A DNA stretch of 64,000 bases from Eledone cirrhosa (lineage: Eukaryota). Location: assembly GCA_964016885.1 (NCBI GenBank), contig OZ024743.1, positions 17,918,001 to 17,982,000 on the forward strand, given 5' to 3'. Shown here piece by piece: positions 16,572 to 30,971 of this stretch. Under the pieces are notes generated by a model, which had not been told where the DNA came from, did not search any database, and saw only the letters and a list, made by a program, of their open reading frames with translations. Position numbers and translations under genes: made by a program. Numbering within the stretch: the first letter of the stretch is position 1; every line of letters starts with the position of its first letter.

Positions 16572-18783
16572 CATTGCGAAAGTCCTGAAAGTTTTTGGGT
16601 TGAAAATAAAATAAAAAAAATTAAAAAATAAAATTATAAAGAATCAGTCGGGGGCCTTGTAGTTATGCAATAGATGTGTGATGACGTGTGGACAACGTGT
16701 GAACAATTCAATCCTCGTGTTTAGGCAATCACTATTGCGAAATCTCTTTAGGATAGGTATTCATACGTTGATTCATAAGCCACACGTCGGATTTCCCCTT
16801 GCGTATGGCTTTGACTTAGTGATGGCTTTCCATTGAATGGCATAGTTTATACTTGAGTCCTTGAGGGACCATACGTGGCTCGCGAGCTTCGTGGATGAAC
16901 GTCTGTCCGGGTACCTGAAGGTAGACTGGTGGTTCAGGAAACGTTCCTTAAATTGGCCCCCCGCCATGCCCACATAGGATTTGACCTCCTGTGGTTCGTT
17001 TGGTCGGTTGGAAGTGAACACAGCTTCATAAATTACAGCTGCTGTGTTGCATTGCTGTTGAAGGGGGCAAGCTTCAGACTTACGGCAAGAGCACCCTGGT
17101 GGGGTGTTGCTGCTAGGGCTGCTGGTGATGTGGGCCTTCATGTTCTATGCGCAGTTGTATCCTATTTTAACTCTGTGTCGGTTAAAGATGGAGCGGTATT
17201 TATAATTTATGGGGAAGTGTCTATCTAAGAGGGCTAGAATTTTTTCCTACCTTGGTTTTAACGTTGAGTGAGATGGGATGAGAGAAACTGATAGTTTGTC
17301 TATTGATGCGCTTACATTTCTTAAATGTGTTGTTGCTAGTGGCAGGGTATATGATAGGTTGTGAGAAGCCGCTGTTAGCCAACGCCGTGTTAAAGTAGGG
17401 TGCCGCCCTATCAAAGATAGCCTTATTAGAGGAGAGGTTTGAGATTCTAGTACTGATATACTTAACGAAGTTTCTAAGAACAGTGGAACTGTGGCATGAG
17501 TCGTTGTGAATGTAATTAAGTTTCTCGTTTAGCTTATGGAAGTATTTGTGGGTGCGTGTGCGAAAGTCTGAATTAATGTCTAAGAAATCTACGGTAGAGA
17601 GGTTGGTGGGTAATGTTATCCTAAGGCCTAACTCATTGAAGGTAGAAGCTAAGTCTTTTTTAAACCGGTCGAGGTCGTGATCACTTGTATGGCTCGATAA
17701 AATCAGTCCGTCTTCACGGTATAATGCCGTGTGGAAGTCCGGGAATCTAACACGTATTATGTCTAAGATAAAAAGGCCAACCAAGTCACATACTTCAGCA
17801 CTGTCATGGAGACGTCGAACAGGTCTGAAGATGTAGTCTTCTTTCCCCAGGCTACTCCGTCGTTGTAGAGGAGAGTTTTCCAGCAGTGAGCGATGATTTC
17901 CCTGTCTAAACCATCGACGGTGATATAAGTGGTAGCGAAGTCCAACGCTTTGTTTAACAGGGTCTCTGAGATCGACCGGTAGGAATCGACAATGTCAAAC
18001 TGTGTGAACTTCGCTTTTGGGGATTTTAAGGAGTTAAACCACTTAATTAGTGAGTCGCTGTTCTCCCACTGGGGCAGGTTGGACTTGGTCCTAATGGTCT
18101 TAACTAAGTTTCTTAGTATGACCTTACTTACTAGCCCCATATCTGTGCGTGCCGGATTTATTAGTCTACATGTGGGATTAGAAGTAAAGTCTACCTTGTG
18201 ATCTTTCAGGGTGAGGAACGCCTCCCGCTTAGCTAGAGATTGTAGCTTCTTATCTACCTCAAGGTCAGTGGCGAGTTCCTTGGCTTCTGTATTAATGCCG
18301 TGGTAGGCCATAGGGTTAGCTGTCTTATATTTAGAAGTAATAGTGTTATGGGCCAGGTGGCGGAAAGTGGTGTTGTCGACTTCGCAATAATGATGTCTAA
18401 ATACGAGAGTGAATTTTTCACACGTTGTCCACACATCACCAAACATCTATTACATAATTGCAAGGCTCCGGACTGATTTTGTAATTTTATTTTTAATTTT
18501 TATTTATTTTATTTTCAACATTTCGGATGTCGCAATTATCACCCTTACACCTCCCGCATGCAGTCTAGTATTGCCTGTGTGAAGTGACCGGGTTACTCCA
18601 CATGCGCGTTCGTACGGTTGTCCTTCCTGTTCCTATAACCATGCACATCCCGAGCTGATAATCCAAAAGGGTGAAACAATTGTTCTCGGCATGGTGAACT
18701 CACTGTTTTGTAACCACTTATACTTAACTCGTCCCTTGGACTGAGTGCTCTACTACTACGGGTATTACCTTCCAGTGTTCCAC

Positions 18784-18787
<4 letters not shown>
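16572..18787 (-). mobile_element. Decayed Naiad-like PLE (RT + GIY-YIG) with an inverted 3' copy at ~18381-18787
   Basis: KDHK..F..NPTCRLINP, QFDIVDSY.SI, LYREDGL, DFLDI and CSCRKSEACPL...VIY...YVGMA. 18381-18530 mirrors ~16575-16742. Confidence 0.92.
18638..18695 (+). ncRNA. Type I hammerhead motif in the PLE 3' UTR (G8A change)
   Basis: accatg..ccgag-CTGATAA-tcc aaaa gggt-GAAA-caattg-TT-ctcgg catggt. Stem III ACAATTGT is palindromic. Confidence 0.72.
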
Positions 18788-18855
<68 letters not shown>

Positions 18856-19100
18856 TGATATATAAATTTACACGGGTGTGTATGATTCTGTATAGTCGAT
18901 TATATTAATAAAAGGAATTCCAACTTTGTCCGATTTACTCGTTTTATTTACAATCCTTTAAAAGTTATAATGGTATTAGAATGAAATAGTATGGTAGAAT
19001 AATAAATGTTAAATGTCAATTGAATAAGTACTTTCATGCTTTCGCAATCTTCAGGTTCATATTCTGTGATGATATTCAAGTTTGCAATGTTCAACTGTTT

Positions 19101-19629
19101 TCACAGTTTTGGCACCATCTTTGCGCAGACTTTCCGCATGTCCAAATCTTCAGTGAGAATCTTCCAGACGCTGTCCCGATTCATGCCCAGCTCATTTGCC
19201 CTCAGCCGAACAGTCAGCCGACGATCGCTACGCACCATCTGCCTGACGCGCTCAACGTTGACCTCAGTCCTGGTTGTTGAGGGCCTTCTGCTCCTGGGGG
19301 TCATCTTCCACGTCATCGCGTCCTTCTTTAAACCACTTGCACCACTCAAAAACACGTGAGCGTGACATCGTCTCATCTCTGACGGAGTTTTCCCCAACCG
19401 TACCAGAAACTTCAAGTTTGTTCGTTGCTCTGTGCTCATTGCTTGACGATCTGAAACAGAGGACATGTATATACAATTATGAAGAAAAAAGTTTGATCGC
19501 TGCAGAGAGCTAAGATTACAGTTACATACACCAGGAGGATTACTTTGAGGAGAAAACTCTTAGTGTGAAATTAGGGTTTGAAATAAATCGTCTGTGACAT
19601 TAGTCCTGGAACTTTTCTGACACACCTCG
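19101..19629 (-). mobile_element. Mariner transposon, 5' fragment
   Basis: EQRTNLKFLVRLGKT...RVFEWCK.FKEGRDDVEDD.RS.RPST...DRRLTVR...KVCAKMVPKL. The TIR (..CTTTTCTGACACACCTCG) is followed by TA. Confidence 0.92.
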
Positions 19630-19639
19630 TATATATATA

Positions 19640-19878
19640 TACATATTGTTCAAACAGCACACACATACAGGATGGTGTAGGGCAGAAATAAAGAGGGACA
19701 CAAAATAAAAACATAGTTACTGTGGAGGTCATAATAGTTGATGAAAGAGATCTGACAGTATATATATAACAATAGTCCGCTTATGAAACCAACCAATCAA
19801 CCGAAAATTTATAATAAATTGAACTGAAAATTAACAGATGCATGAGATTTTATAGGCAGCATGAACCTCCCAATGTAT

Positions 19879-19886
<8 letters not shown>
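19640..19886 (+). mobile_element. Diverged 3' end related to the 6918-9245 PLE family
   Basis: aaccaaccaatcaaccgaaaatttat...cctcccaatgtataacaata. Degenerate HHR CTGTGGA..GAAA..TC at ~19715-19758. Confidence 0.65.
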
Positions 19887-19913
<27 letters not shown>

Positions 19914-19917
19914 TATA

Positions 19918-20700
19918 TAGATTAATAAAAATAATGAATAAAAACAAAGAAACAGTTCCCTATATTAAAAAAGTCATCGTTTTACGATCGTTTCTAGGAT
20001 ATATATGTGTGTGTTGGTATGTATATCATATAGATCTATGTAAAAGTTTTACAAACTATCAGAGGGAATATACATACCTACACATATATATATGCTGTCT
20101 TCAGAAATAATGATATTTGTTTATTGAAAAAAACCAACAAAGATTTAATATAATAGGTCTGATTGGGAACAGGTTTTGAATTGACCAATAGAAAAGTAGT
20201 AAGAGGTTAAGTTGATAGAATAGTAGTAGTAGACATTTAATTTAGGGGTAGAGGAATGCAGACTTCAGTTTTGAATGGAAAGAGTATTTTGAATGAAAAG
20301 ATTACATCCCCAAAGTAATCTTTTCATTCAAAATACTTTTTCCATTCAAAACTGAAGCCTGCATTCCTCTACCCCTAAATTAAATTTCTACTACTACTAT
20401 TCTATCAACTTGACCACTTACTACTTTTCTATTGATCAATTCAAAACCTGTTCCAAACAGACCTATTATATTAAATCATTGTTGATTTTTTTCAATAAAC
20501 AAATATCATTATTTCTGAAGACAGCATATATATGTGTAGGTATGTATATTCCCTCTGATAGTTTGTAAAACTTTTACATACATCTATATGATATACATAC
20601 CAACACACACATATATCCTAGAAATGATCGTAAAATGATAAATTTTTTAATATGAGGAACTGTTTCTTTGTTTTTATTCATTATTTTTATTAATTTATCT
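19918..20700. mobile_element. Fold-back element with ~385-bp arms, centre ~20309
   Basis: The arms are reverse complements around gattac-atccccaaa-gtaatc. TA-flanked. Confidence 0.88.
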
Positions 20701-20825
20701 TGACTCTGTGTTCCTGTGTTTTTCATCGAAAAAATGTTGAATACATCTTCTCTTTTCATGATATTTGGATTACATTGAGTTCTTCATTCGGATTGGACAC
20801 TACCGTATATTTTGGTAGATTTATC

Positions 20826-20904
<79 letters not shown>

Positions 20905-23900
20905 AGAAATGTAAGCTATCGCCGTATTTTTATTAATGAAATTAAAGAAATTATTTAGCCTGATAGTGGGGTTAAGAACCCTCGGAGAAATGGAAAAAGA
21001 TGAGTATTGACGTACATATATATATATATGAAAATAGTTAGGACACCGACGGCTGAGCTGTGGCCGTTTCAATAGCTAGATCCGAATTGAATAATATATA
21101 TATATATTGCTGCTTCTTGTCTCTTCACCATCAACTGGTCGCATATGTTTGGCACTTCCGTTTGCTTCCACATCCACTTCTCTAATCCTCTTCTTTTTTC
21201 GCTTCGAATTCCTAGCGAATGGATGCTTCCAACTTCTCTCCACCCGATATATCGCTCTGTCTATCTAAATTGGTTCGTTTTATCAAGCAACCAGAAACAC
21301 CTACCTTCTTTTACAAGAACGGGCAATTACATCTAGTCCCGCCCATTTTAAACCGTGTTAAACCACACTCCGATACGAGGGCAAATGACGTTGTACGATG
21401 TTTGGGGGATTCTGTTTCGTTCATTTTCATTTTCTCCATTTTTCTAATTTGCTCCTCTCTCCCTCTATCAGTACTTTGGGCCAACACACTTCTAGCCGTT
21501 TCTTCCTGCCATTTGAATTAATTTTTTTACCCGATTTTTTCTCATTATATATATATATATGTGTGTGTGCCTGTGGGTGTGGGTGTGTGTGGGTGGATGC
21601 GTGTATGTGTGTGTGGGGGGGGGGGGTGTATGTGTGTGTGTGTGAGAGTGTGTGTCTGTGTGTGTTTGTGTATACATATGTATGTGTGCGGGCACATGTC
21701 TATGTGTGTCTTGGGTGATAGAAATAATGATTCACTAAGAATGAGCATATATTTATATTCAAGAGATTTAATTGGGAATATTTATGTTAAGTTATATTAT
21801 GTTATGTCCAATAAGAATCATCTATTCTTTCACTTCTGCTTAATTACTCGCGCTTTGATGTCATTCCATTACATTTCTATTGAAATACGAATCACCGGAG
21901 CAATTTTTTTTTTAGCAGATATCAGTGTAACGAATTAATTTTTTCAATTAATTGCCTTCTATTAGATTTATCTATGCAGGGTTTGTTATTTATTTTCTTT
22001 GTTTCAGATTTACATTTACTCTAGAACATATATTTCCATTAAAAGCTAAATATTGATTTATGTTCCCATGTTGTACTTAAGGTTGGATGCATAGGATCAT
22101 GCGTATTTATTTCTATCAATACGTCAAAGACGTTGGTGCGATAACTCTTATGTCCGCATTCAATAACTGAGGTGATTCATGCAGTTGACTTTCAGATATA
22201 ATATCTATTGTTGCATGAAGTAACACTTTTGCTCTGAGGCAATATCATAGAGTTATACATCCTTACTGATTTTCTGGCATGTCCTTCGAACTATCTAGTA
22301 GGATAACCTGAAGATAAGAATTTCAGTTAGGTATATTTGTTGAAAACATCAAAGAAACATGTTAACAAGTTATTTTGACTGTGGCCACTATACACAAATG
22401 TAGAGAAGATTCAGTCGGCTTGGTTACATATAGTGGGTAACATAGCACAATACATATCTACATGGATGCGATATGTGTGATCAATTTATTACATAGATCA
22501 CATTGAATCTAGTGGAAAACCTATACGATATATCTCATAACGTATTTTCCTATAAGCACAAATGTCAATCACCAAGTTCTTATTCAACTAATTCAAATGC
22601 TAGTTTCTAAAACAATATAATCGTCTGTGTCATTTTAAAATGTATGTATGGCTGTATCTCTGTGTATTTTCTCCCTCTGTTCATATATGTGCACGTGTAC
22701 CTATGCGGGCCCCTATATTCAAGGTGAATTCAAAGTAAAATCGCATGAAATCGAAATTATGTATTATTTAATATATAACATGTTCTGTTCTGAAATTGAT
22801 TTCCAGCTTAAACGCAACGTCTACCCATGTTTTAAGTGTTGGATGCCTTTACTGTCTATTACCCTATTCTTCGTGCCAACTTTTGCCGTAAGTACAAGAA
22901 AAGACATATTTCTAAACGAGAATTATAGGCATCCTTCTCCGCTCAGGTGCCATATTTGACATCGTGATTAAACGAAGGGGTCCTCCTGTCATCCAGCGTT
23001 ATACTAATCCCCTTTTAGCGGCAACATTTAACAGTTGAAGCAGAAACTACTGATCTTAATAATCTCCACTCTCTTTTAAGTTCATCCGTTAGCTCAGGAA
23101 GTTCTCTGAATTTGGAAGCAATTGTATACGCATAAAGTGTCCTGACTTACTAATCCAACAACGCCGCCTATATCTGTATCCTGTATATTAACCTGGAGAT
23201 GTATTTTCCGTTGACAGCGCAGATAATCTCTTAATCCGAACATCCAGCACAAAATTGAAGCGATCGGAGACAACAATAATATCAATTATTGATATCTATC
23301 CCTGATTCCCATTATAGTATGTATACTTATGGATGCCTCTGTGCTAAATCAGAAGTCTAATAAGTCATGTGCATCTTCATGTAAGGAAATCAATGACAAA
23401 ATGCGCAATTTAACTTCCCGTTAGGATATATATCTCTAGCACTGCAGAGAATTCGCTTTTGCGCGCCGTGTTTGGTGCATAAACTGTCAATTTTCTCAAA
23501 GACCTGACTTTCTGCCTAAGCTTATTGAGGCTAATTCTCACTCCTAATGGTATCTACTCAAACAAGAAATCATTTTGACAGCCGGGGTCTTGTATGCACC
23601 CAAACCCTCGCTTGTGCAGTCATTTCTGGCGCAACAGCCGGTAGCATCTAGTCTCCTCAACTAACTCCTGCTCATTATCGGCAAGGATGGTGATGTTAGA
23701 GGTTCCAATCATCAAGTTTCACTAAATTCTAAACCCTCTTTCTGATCTCGCAATACGCCTTTCTGTGCGTCGTTACAGAGCCTCCCATGTCCGTCACATG
23801 ATTTTGTGTTTCAGTACTATGAGTGAACAGTCGTATGCCACAAATATATACACATAACATTAAGTGTTTTGCGCACTGCTGAAGGAGAAACAAATATAAT

Positions 23901-23950
23901 AACAATTTAGGCGTCAGATGAATTGAACTTTATTTTTACTTACAATTGAT

Positions 23951-25440
23951 CAGTGATGTCAAACTGAGAATCCCCAAAGGACTGCAAGGGTCACATATGT
24001 GTTATCTGTGAACATTACAATTAAAGACATTTAATAACATTTATTGCAGAAAAACTTGTTACTTAAATTCAGAAACATACATTGTAGACACAAATGTTTT
24101 AGCAGCATTCATGAATACAAAGTAATGAAGGGGTTTAACAAAAAACTGAAACTTTGAAAGGCAACACATACTTGCAATTTTCAACAGCAACAAATACATT
24201 GTACAAAAATGACAACAGTTCAAAACTGAACAGTTATTTGCTACTATTCAACCATTTTTGCGTTTTGATCCGAGGCTTGGGATGTCTTTTTGGTGGGAGG
24301 TTTTGGTATGTATGGCTGAAATGTCTGTACAGTTCCGATTTTGATCAGAGATGACATGACCTGATCAGTCAGCCTTGTTTCTGAGAAGTTCCTTTTTAAT
24401 TTCAAGAAGGAAAGTATCTGTTCAAACACATAGGTAGAAGCAAATATTGTCATAATTTTTGTGGCAAACCTTCTGATGTATTAACACTTTTTAGGAAGGT
24501 ATGAAAAGAAACCAGGTATCTCCACTTCATGATACTGTGTTCACAGTGTAGAATCTCACTGCATTTCCAATATTTCCATCTGCAGGCTTTCTTCTGTCTT
24601 GGCAACATCAAAGGTGAATAGTGCTGAGAATAATGCAAACTGATATTCAAAAGATGAGAAATCACAAAATGTTTCCTGAAATTCTTTTGGCAACAATTCC
24701 AGGTGACTGTCATACTTAGCAAAGCTAAGTACAGAATCAGTAATGGCAGTCTTTTTCATCACTTTGCACTTAGGAAAATGAACTAAATATTGATTTGGCA
24801 ACTATGAATTCCATAATCTTAGTTTTCTAATGAAACACTTGCCGTCATCATACAACTGAGTGATGAGTTTCTTTTTAACTTGTAATTTCAAATTTAGATC
24901 TGTTAATGTGCAGTAATATCCACAACAAAAGCCAGATCTTGGAGCCATCTTATATTTCATGTGTTTTGACATTTCATCTCCCAAAACACAAATATTTCTC
25001 GTATCAACAAATATAATCTAATCTGCACTTTGTGACTTGACTTCTGCGTAGAATGGAACATCGGCGATCTGATTATCCATATCTTCCAACAATTGGCTGA
25101 ACTGACGGCGGTTGAGAGCACGGCCCCTGATATAGTTGACGGTCTTTGTGACCAAGCTAAGCACAGGATGGAATTTTAAAATCTGTGAACGAAAATGTTG
25201 CTGATGAATAAGATGGTTAAAAGTGATGAATCCGGATGCGAGTTCGATGGTTCATTTCATAATGCCTTTTCAAATTGTACTCCTTTAGCGTGGCGATACA
25301 GTTGTTGCAAATTTAACAGTGTATTTTTCTGTTAACCGTTGTTCAAAAATACTGTAATTCCCACTTTTCTTGAATCACTCGCATTTCTAGTTCAGTTTCA
25401 TTTTTTCTCTTAGCTGGAGGAACACTAGCCATTTTCAAAG
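23951..25440 (-). mobile_element. Decayed hAT (Charlie/SPIN, GTF2IRD2-like) transposon
   Basis: TDLNLKLQ..KKLIT...FIRKLRLW, HFPKC, F.DF, MEILEMQ and FASTYV.EQ..S..K...TRLTD. TIR-like CAGTGATGTCAAACT at 23951. Confidence 0.82.
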
Positions 25441-25467
25441 AAAAAATAAAGAGGTGCATGTTATGTA

Positions 25468-26078
25468 TTTTACATCCCATAGAAACAAACTAAAAAGGTT
25501 TACCGGAAAGCCTACTCCCGACCTGGATCCAACTTCAGACCAGAATGATCACCGTCTATGATTCCTCCAACTAGGCCTCTGAGACAGCTACAAAGGTGTA
25601 ATGGAAATTAATAATTATAAACCTACATTCAAAATTGAAGTTAAAAAGCTATGGTGTCGTTTATGGATTCCTAGAGCTATTAGTCATATTTAGGCTCGGC
25701 TTGTCAATCTTCTATCTATTTGGTAACAACCTTGTTATTTCTACGTTTGTTTAACTGTTGAATTAATTTAATATAATTATTTTACCAAACGAATAATATA
25801 TATATATATTTTTTAAATAAGACCGCTGTTGCATTTTCGATTTCAGCTTTTTTTCTTTATATTTTCACTCGTGTAGGACACCTCGGTTATTTCTCATTTT
25901 GTAAAAACACCTCACTTTCTAATATATATATTGCCAATCATTGCAAGTTTGAATCTAACTGACATTGAAACACACACACACACACACATACACACCCATA
26001 CAGACACATCCACACACCCACACACACATACATCCACACACATCCACACACATACATATCTATATATATATATATACC

Positions 26079-26122
<44 letters not shown>

Positions 26123-26207
26123 TAAGGTAAGCCGAAATCATAGTTAGTTCAAATATCACATAGAGAAGGAGAGAGATAGACAGACATACAGACAGAGAAA
26201 GAGAGAG

Positions 26208-26257
<50 letters not shown>

Positions 26258-26265
26258 GGAGAGAG

Positions 26266-26362
<97 letters not shown>

Positions 26363-27110
26363 GGGAAGACTTGAGGTGCGACAGAAACGAAACATGGATT
26401 ACAGTTTTAATATAAAATCTAGATAGATGAGAAACAAAACGTGGAGATAGTTTATGGAACAACTAAATGATTTAGAATTCGACCTTAAGTAGGAACTATA
26501 TCATTAAGAAAGAGATGAATGACAGCACATCATTTTGTATTGATCATTTTGAAAGTAGGTTTATAAGTATGAATTTTTTAATATATTATCGTACCTCTTT
26601 TAGTGGCCTAGTGGTAGGTATTGGAGACGGTGGGTATCCTGGTCTTGTGTTCAGCCCTGGTGAAGACGTACAGGAAAGAATTTTCAGTTTTTATTTCACA
26701 TCCTATAGAAAAAAATGAAAAGGTTTATCGGGAACCCTACTCCCGACCAGGATCGAAGTTCAGACAAGGATCACCACCGTCTATAATTCTTCCAACTAGG
26801 TAGCCGAGGCAGCCAGCTACGAAATTATAATTAAAATTACTAATTATAAATCTTTCAAAATTAAATTTAAAAAGAGGTGTTGTCGGTCATGGTTTTCCTA
26901 GAGGTATTAGTCATATTTAGAGTCGATATATGTATCTTCTGATTCTTTGGTAACAATCCTATTATTTCTATGTGTTTAACTGTTGAATTATTTTGATTTA
27001 ATTATTTTATCAAACAAATAATATATATACACATATATATTGCCACTCATTGCAAATTTGAATCTAACTGACATTCAAACACACACACACACACACGCAC
27101 ACACACACAC
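25468..27110. repeat. Old direct duplication (~25468-25990 vs ~26692-27110) containing tRNA-like heads
   Basis: Shared blocks cctactcccgacc.ggatc, cctagag.tattagtcatattt, tttaactgttgaatta and ttgcca.tcattgcaa.tttgaatctaactgacatt. Confidence 0.75.
25805..25924 (+). mobile_element. 3'-terminal fragment of the 61710-63510 PLE family
   Basis: Reverse complement of ~61707-61830 (ctcgtgtaggacacctcggttat). It sits in a TA run of the first duplicate only. Confidence 0.8.
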
Positions 27111-27419
27111 ACACTCACACACGTACACACATATACAGACACATACATAAACACACACATACATACATGTATATATATATATACCGAGAGATTTCAGAGT
27201 CAGGTATGATCAACATATCGATCGTGCTTCGAGTTGGTCGCCTAAGAAACATTTGTAATATGTCCAATAAATTCCTTTCGTCGCAACACTGATTCTCTTT
27301 TTTCTGTGATATATATATGCAGAGATTATATTTAATTTGTTGGGATTCAACAAGCTTAATTATTTTTATAACTGATATAAAGCACTCAACATTTTTGTGG
27401 AGTAAATATATAATCATTA

Positions 27420-28538
27420 TCTATAAAAGGCAGATTGTTGCTGCTGTGTGTGTGTGTGTGTCTGCATGTTCCATCTTTATACATTTGCACAATTTCCAAC
27501 CAATTCGACTCACCATCTGTGAGAATGTTGTAAACGCTAGCTGTTAGGTCACCCACTATTTAGTACATTGAAATTTCCCCACAATTATGGAAATAATCTA
27601 TAAAACTAAATACATGACGCTTTACCTCTCTAATACAATCATAACACCTTTCTCTACTCCCCGTCATCAGAGACAGTTGCAGCATGTATGTAGTTTGAGT
27701 GTGGAGCGGTTAAACATTTATTTACTTCAATGACAAAGAGAACTTATTACTTTCATACGAAACAACAATTATTCAAAAGCAACAGATACATTTATTCAAC
27801 AACAAAGAAAATAGCGAAACATCTTTTTTAAAACATCTATCAGCGAACGTGAAAGAAAGAAGTATCAGTTAATTTACTATACACAATAATATCCTCTATG
27901 AGGTCACTAAACCTGCTAGAAACAGCAGCTAACTCTCCCCCATATTCAAAGGCAACAGATAAATTTATTCAACAAAAAAATAGCGATAAATCTTTTTAAA
28001 AACACATATCAACGAATGTGGAAGAAAGAAGTATCAGTTCGTTTACTATACACAATAATATCCTCTATGAGGTCAGTAAACCTGCTAGAAACAGCAGCTA
28101 ACTCTCCCCCATATCACACCACTCCCTACTGTCTAGAATTTAGAAAACATATCCTCTATGAGGTCACTAAACCTGCTAGAGACAGCAGCTAACACTCCCC
28201 CATACCACACCACTCCCTACTGTCTTAAATTTAGAAAACACACATTAGACAATCATGCAGAACAACTCCATCGCAGCTCTGTTGTTCGGCTGGCATCGTC
28301 TACGCGCGTGTTGCACAAATACTGTGAAACAATAAATTTCAACACTTCTTTGCACAGAGATAATATCCATAGGCAAAACTACAATTGTCACTGCTGGCGC
28401 AGCTCCTGCTTCGGCAGTCCAGGTCTACAATTCATTCACCCAGTGCCTGGCAGACAAAAAGGTGGTGCCATAAAATGGGTGGTGCAACCTAACTTTGGTA
28501 ACTTACTGACCCCGAGCAACGCCGGGCTTTAATGGTAG
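27420..28538 (+). mobile_element. Non-autonomous Helitron-like element
   Basis: Starts A|TCTATAAAAG. Has a 3' hairpin CCCGAGCAACGCCGGG and ends GTAG|T (CTAG-like). Internal tandem duplications at ~27770-28235. Confidence 0.72.
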
Positions 28539-28543
28539 TATAT

Positions 28544-28652
28544 TAATTGTTTCTACTTTAGGCACAAGGCCAGCAATTACCCAGTGCATTACTGGTACTT
28601 TATTTTATCGACCCTGTAAGGATGAAAGGCAAAGTCAACCTCGGCGGGATTG
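28544..28652 (-). mobile_element. 5'-truncated tRNA-derived SINE
   Basis: Reverse complement of the SINE core and tail. The flanking ggtagtatattaat is repeated on both sides. Confidence 0.88.
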
Positions 28653-28742
28653 ACTTTGGTAGTATATTAATAAATGGTAGTATATTAATGGTAGTATATT
28701 GGTAGTATATTAATAAATGGTAGTATAATAAATGGTAGTATA

Positions 28743-28987
28743 TTAATAAATGGAAACTATATTTATAAAACCATAATTATTTTATTATATATATTTCATA
28801 TATAATATATATATCCAACGAATTTCAACCGTTGAGGTTGTCTTTTTTCCGGGTATGCCAATATTTATTTAAAAAACAAATCTGTATTGTTTCTGATGAA
28901 AGCGCACCATAATCTACATGGTTGCCCTTGAAATATATATAATAAAATAATTATGGTTTTATAAATATAGTTTCCATTTATTAATAT

Positions 28988-28991
<4 letters not shown>
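28743..28991. mobile_element. Small fold-back element with a degenerate HHR (~28885-28949)
   Basis: ~28743-28798 mirrors ~28929-28985. Related 3' ends lie at 32450-32561 and 35945-36057. Confidence 0.7.
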
Positions 28992-29057
<66 letters not shown>

Positions 29058-29189
29058 TTAGGTAAGTCAAAATTAAAGTTAGTTCTAGTGACACAGAGGG
29101 AAAGAGAGAGATAGAGGGGAGAGAGGAGGGGGGATTTGAGGTGCAACAGGAAATGAAACATGGATTTCAGGTTAAAATATAGTTTAGTT

Positions 29190-29404
29190 CAGACATGTCA
29201 AACTTAGGATCCCCCGATGTACACACGGTCACATGTGTTGTCTGAGGGCCACAAACGACAACTAATTACATACATTACAACTAATTGTTTTTCTTTTATA
29301 TTACAAATATAAAAGATGTTCGCGTTGTAAAATTCTTGTGCGGGCCACAAGTGTGGCTGTAAAGGGCCGCATGTGGCCCGCAGGCTGCATGCTTGGCGTG
29401 CACG
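29190..29404. mobile_element. hAT (Charlie-like) MITE
   Basis: CAGACATGTCAAACT start resembles the 23951 terminus. Subterminal gggccgcatgtggcccgc motif. Flanks gtttagtt/gtctacat are a possible decayed 8-bp TSD. Confidence 0.7.
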
Positions 29405-29663
29405 GTCTACATTATCTACTGTGTTTATTATTAATGTAGTACAGTCTCTGGCAAATATATTGTGACTAATGAAAGAAGATATATCTCTGGCAGCTCTAAC
29501 TAATTTGGGCCGATATATATTTAGCTGAAATATGTTATGCTACTCCAAATGTAATGTGAACTTAAAAATAATAATTATTATTATAATCAATGCAATGTAC
29601 GTTTTTAATTATGTTTCATGTACACCTATACGATTATTTAGGAATAATATATGGAACACACAT

Positions 29664-29709
<46 letters not shown>

Positions 29710-29738
29710 AGTGTAATTTTCTACACAAAACGAAGGTT

Positions 29739-30433
<695 letters not shown>

Positions 30434-30438
30434 ATGTA

Positions 30439-30470
<32 letters not shown>

Positions 30471-30935
30471 CGATGACGGATCTCCAGTGTATCGAGTCTT
30501 AGTGTTTAACCTTAATAATAGATAGATAGATATATATTATTACGGTTAAATACTGCGCCTCGATAAACTGGAGATCCGCCACGAGTCATTGGATCATCAC
30601 ACAAGAATTAAAGTTCAGTAGCAGAGGCAGTAAAATTAAATGATGGCATACACAAGTGGATTAGTTGAAGTGCGGAATTAAGATGTAGTAGACACGATGG
30701 CTGTTTAGAGGTATACGAAAAAGAAAATGATGATAACATTGGAAGAAAATACTTTTTAATACTCATTTGAACTTGTAAAAATACTTTTTTAATACTTATT
30801 TGAACTCGTAATCTCAAAAAAGGGTCTTCCTTAGATTACAGGCTCAGTCCTCGATGATCCGGCCATGATTTCTTTAACCGTTAAAGTTTATATATTGATT
30901 TCGAGAGGCACCTGATACACACAAACACACACACT

Positions 30936-30971
<36 letters not shown>

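Noticed and set aside
18430-18787. SECIS element in the Naiad-like 3' UTR
   Set aside because: No ATGA..AA..GA arrangement with proper helix spacing was found by eye.
22900-23300. Possible Tc1 transposase remnant (VSASTV) or host exon
   Set aside because: A single weak motif, with no TIRs and no convincing splice or ORF support.
27770-28235. Repeats with intervening sequence resembling a CRISPR array
   Set aside because: Irregular tandem duplications inside a Helitron-like element. The context is eukaryotic, there are no unique spacers and no cas genes.
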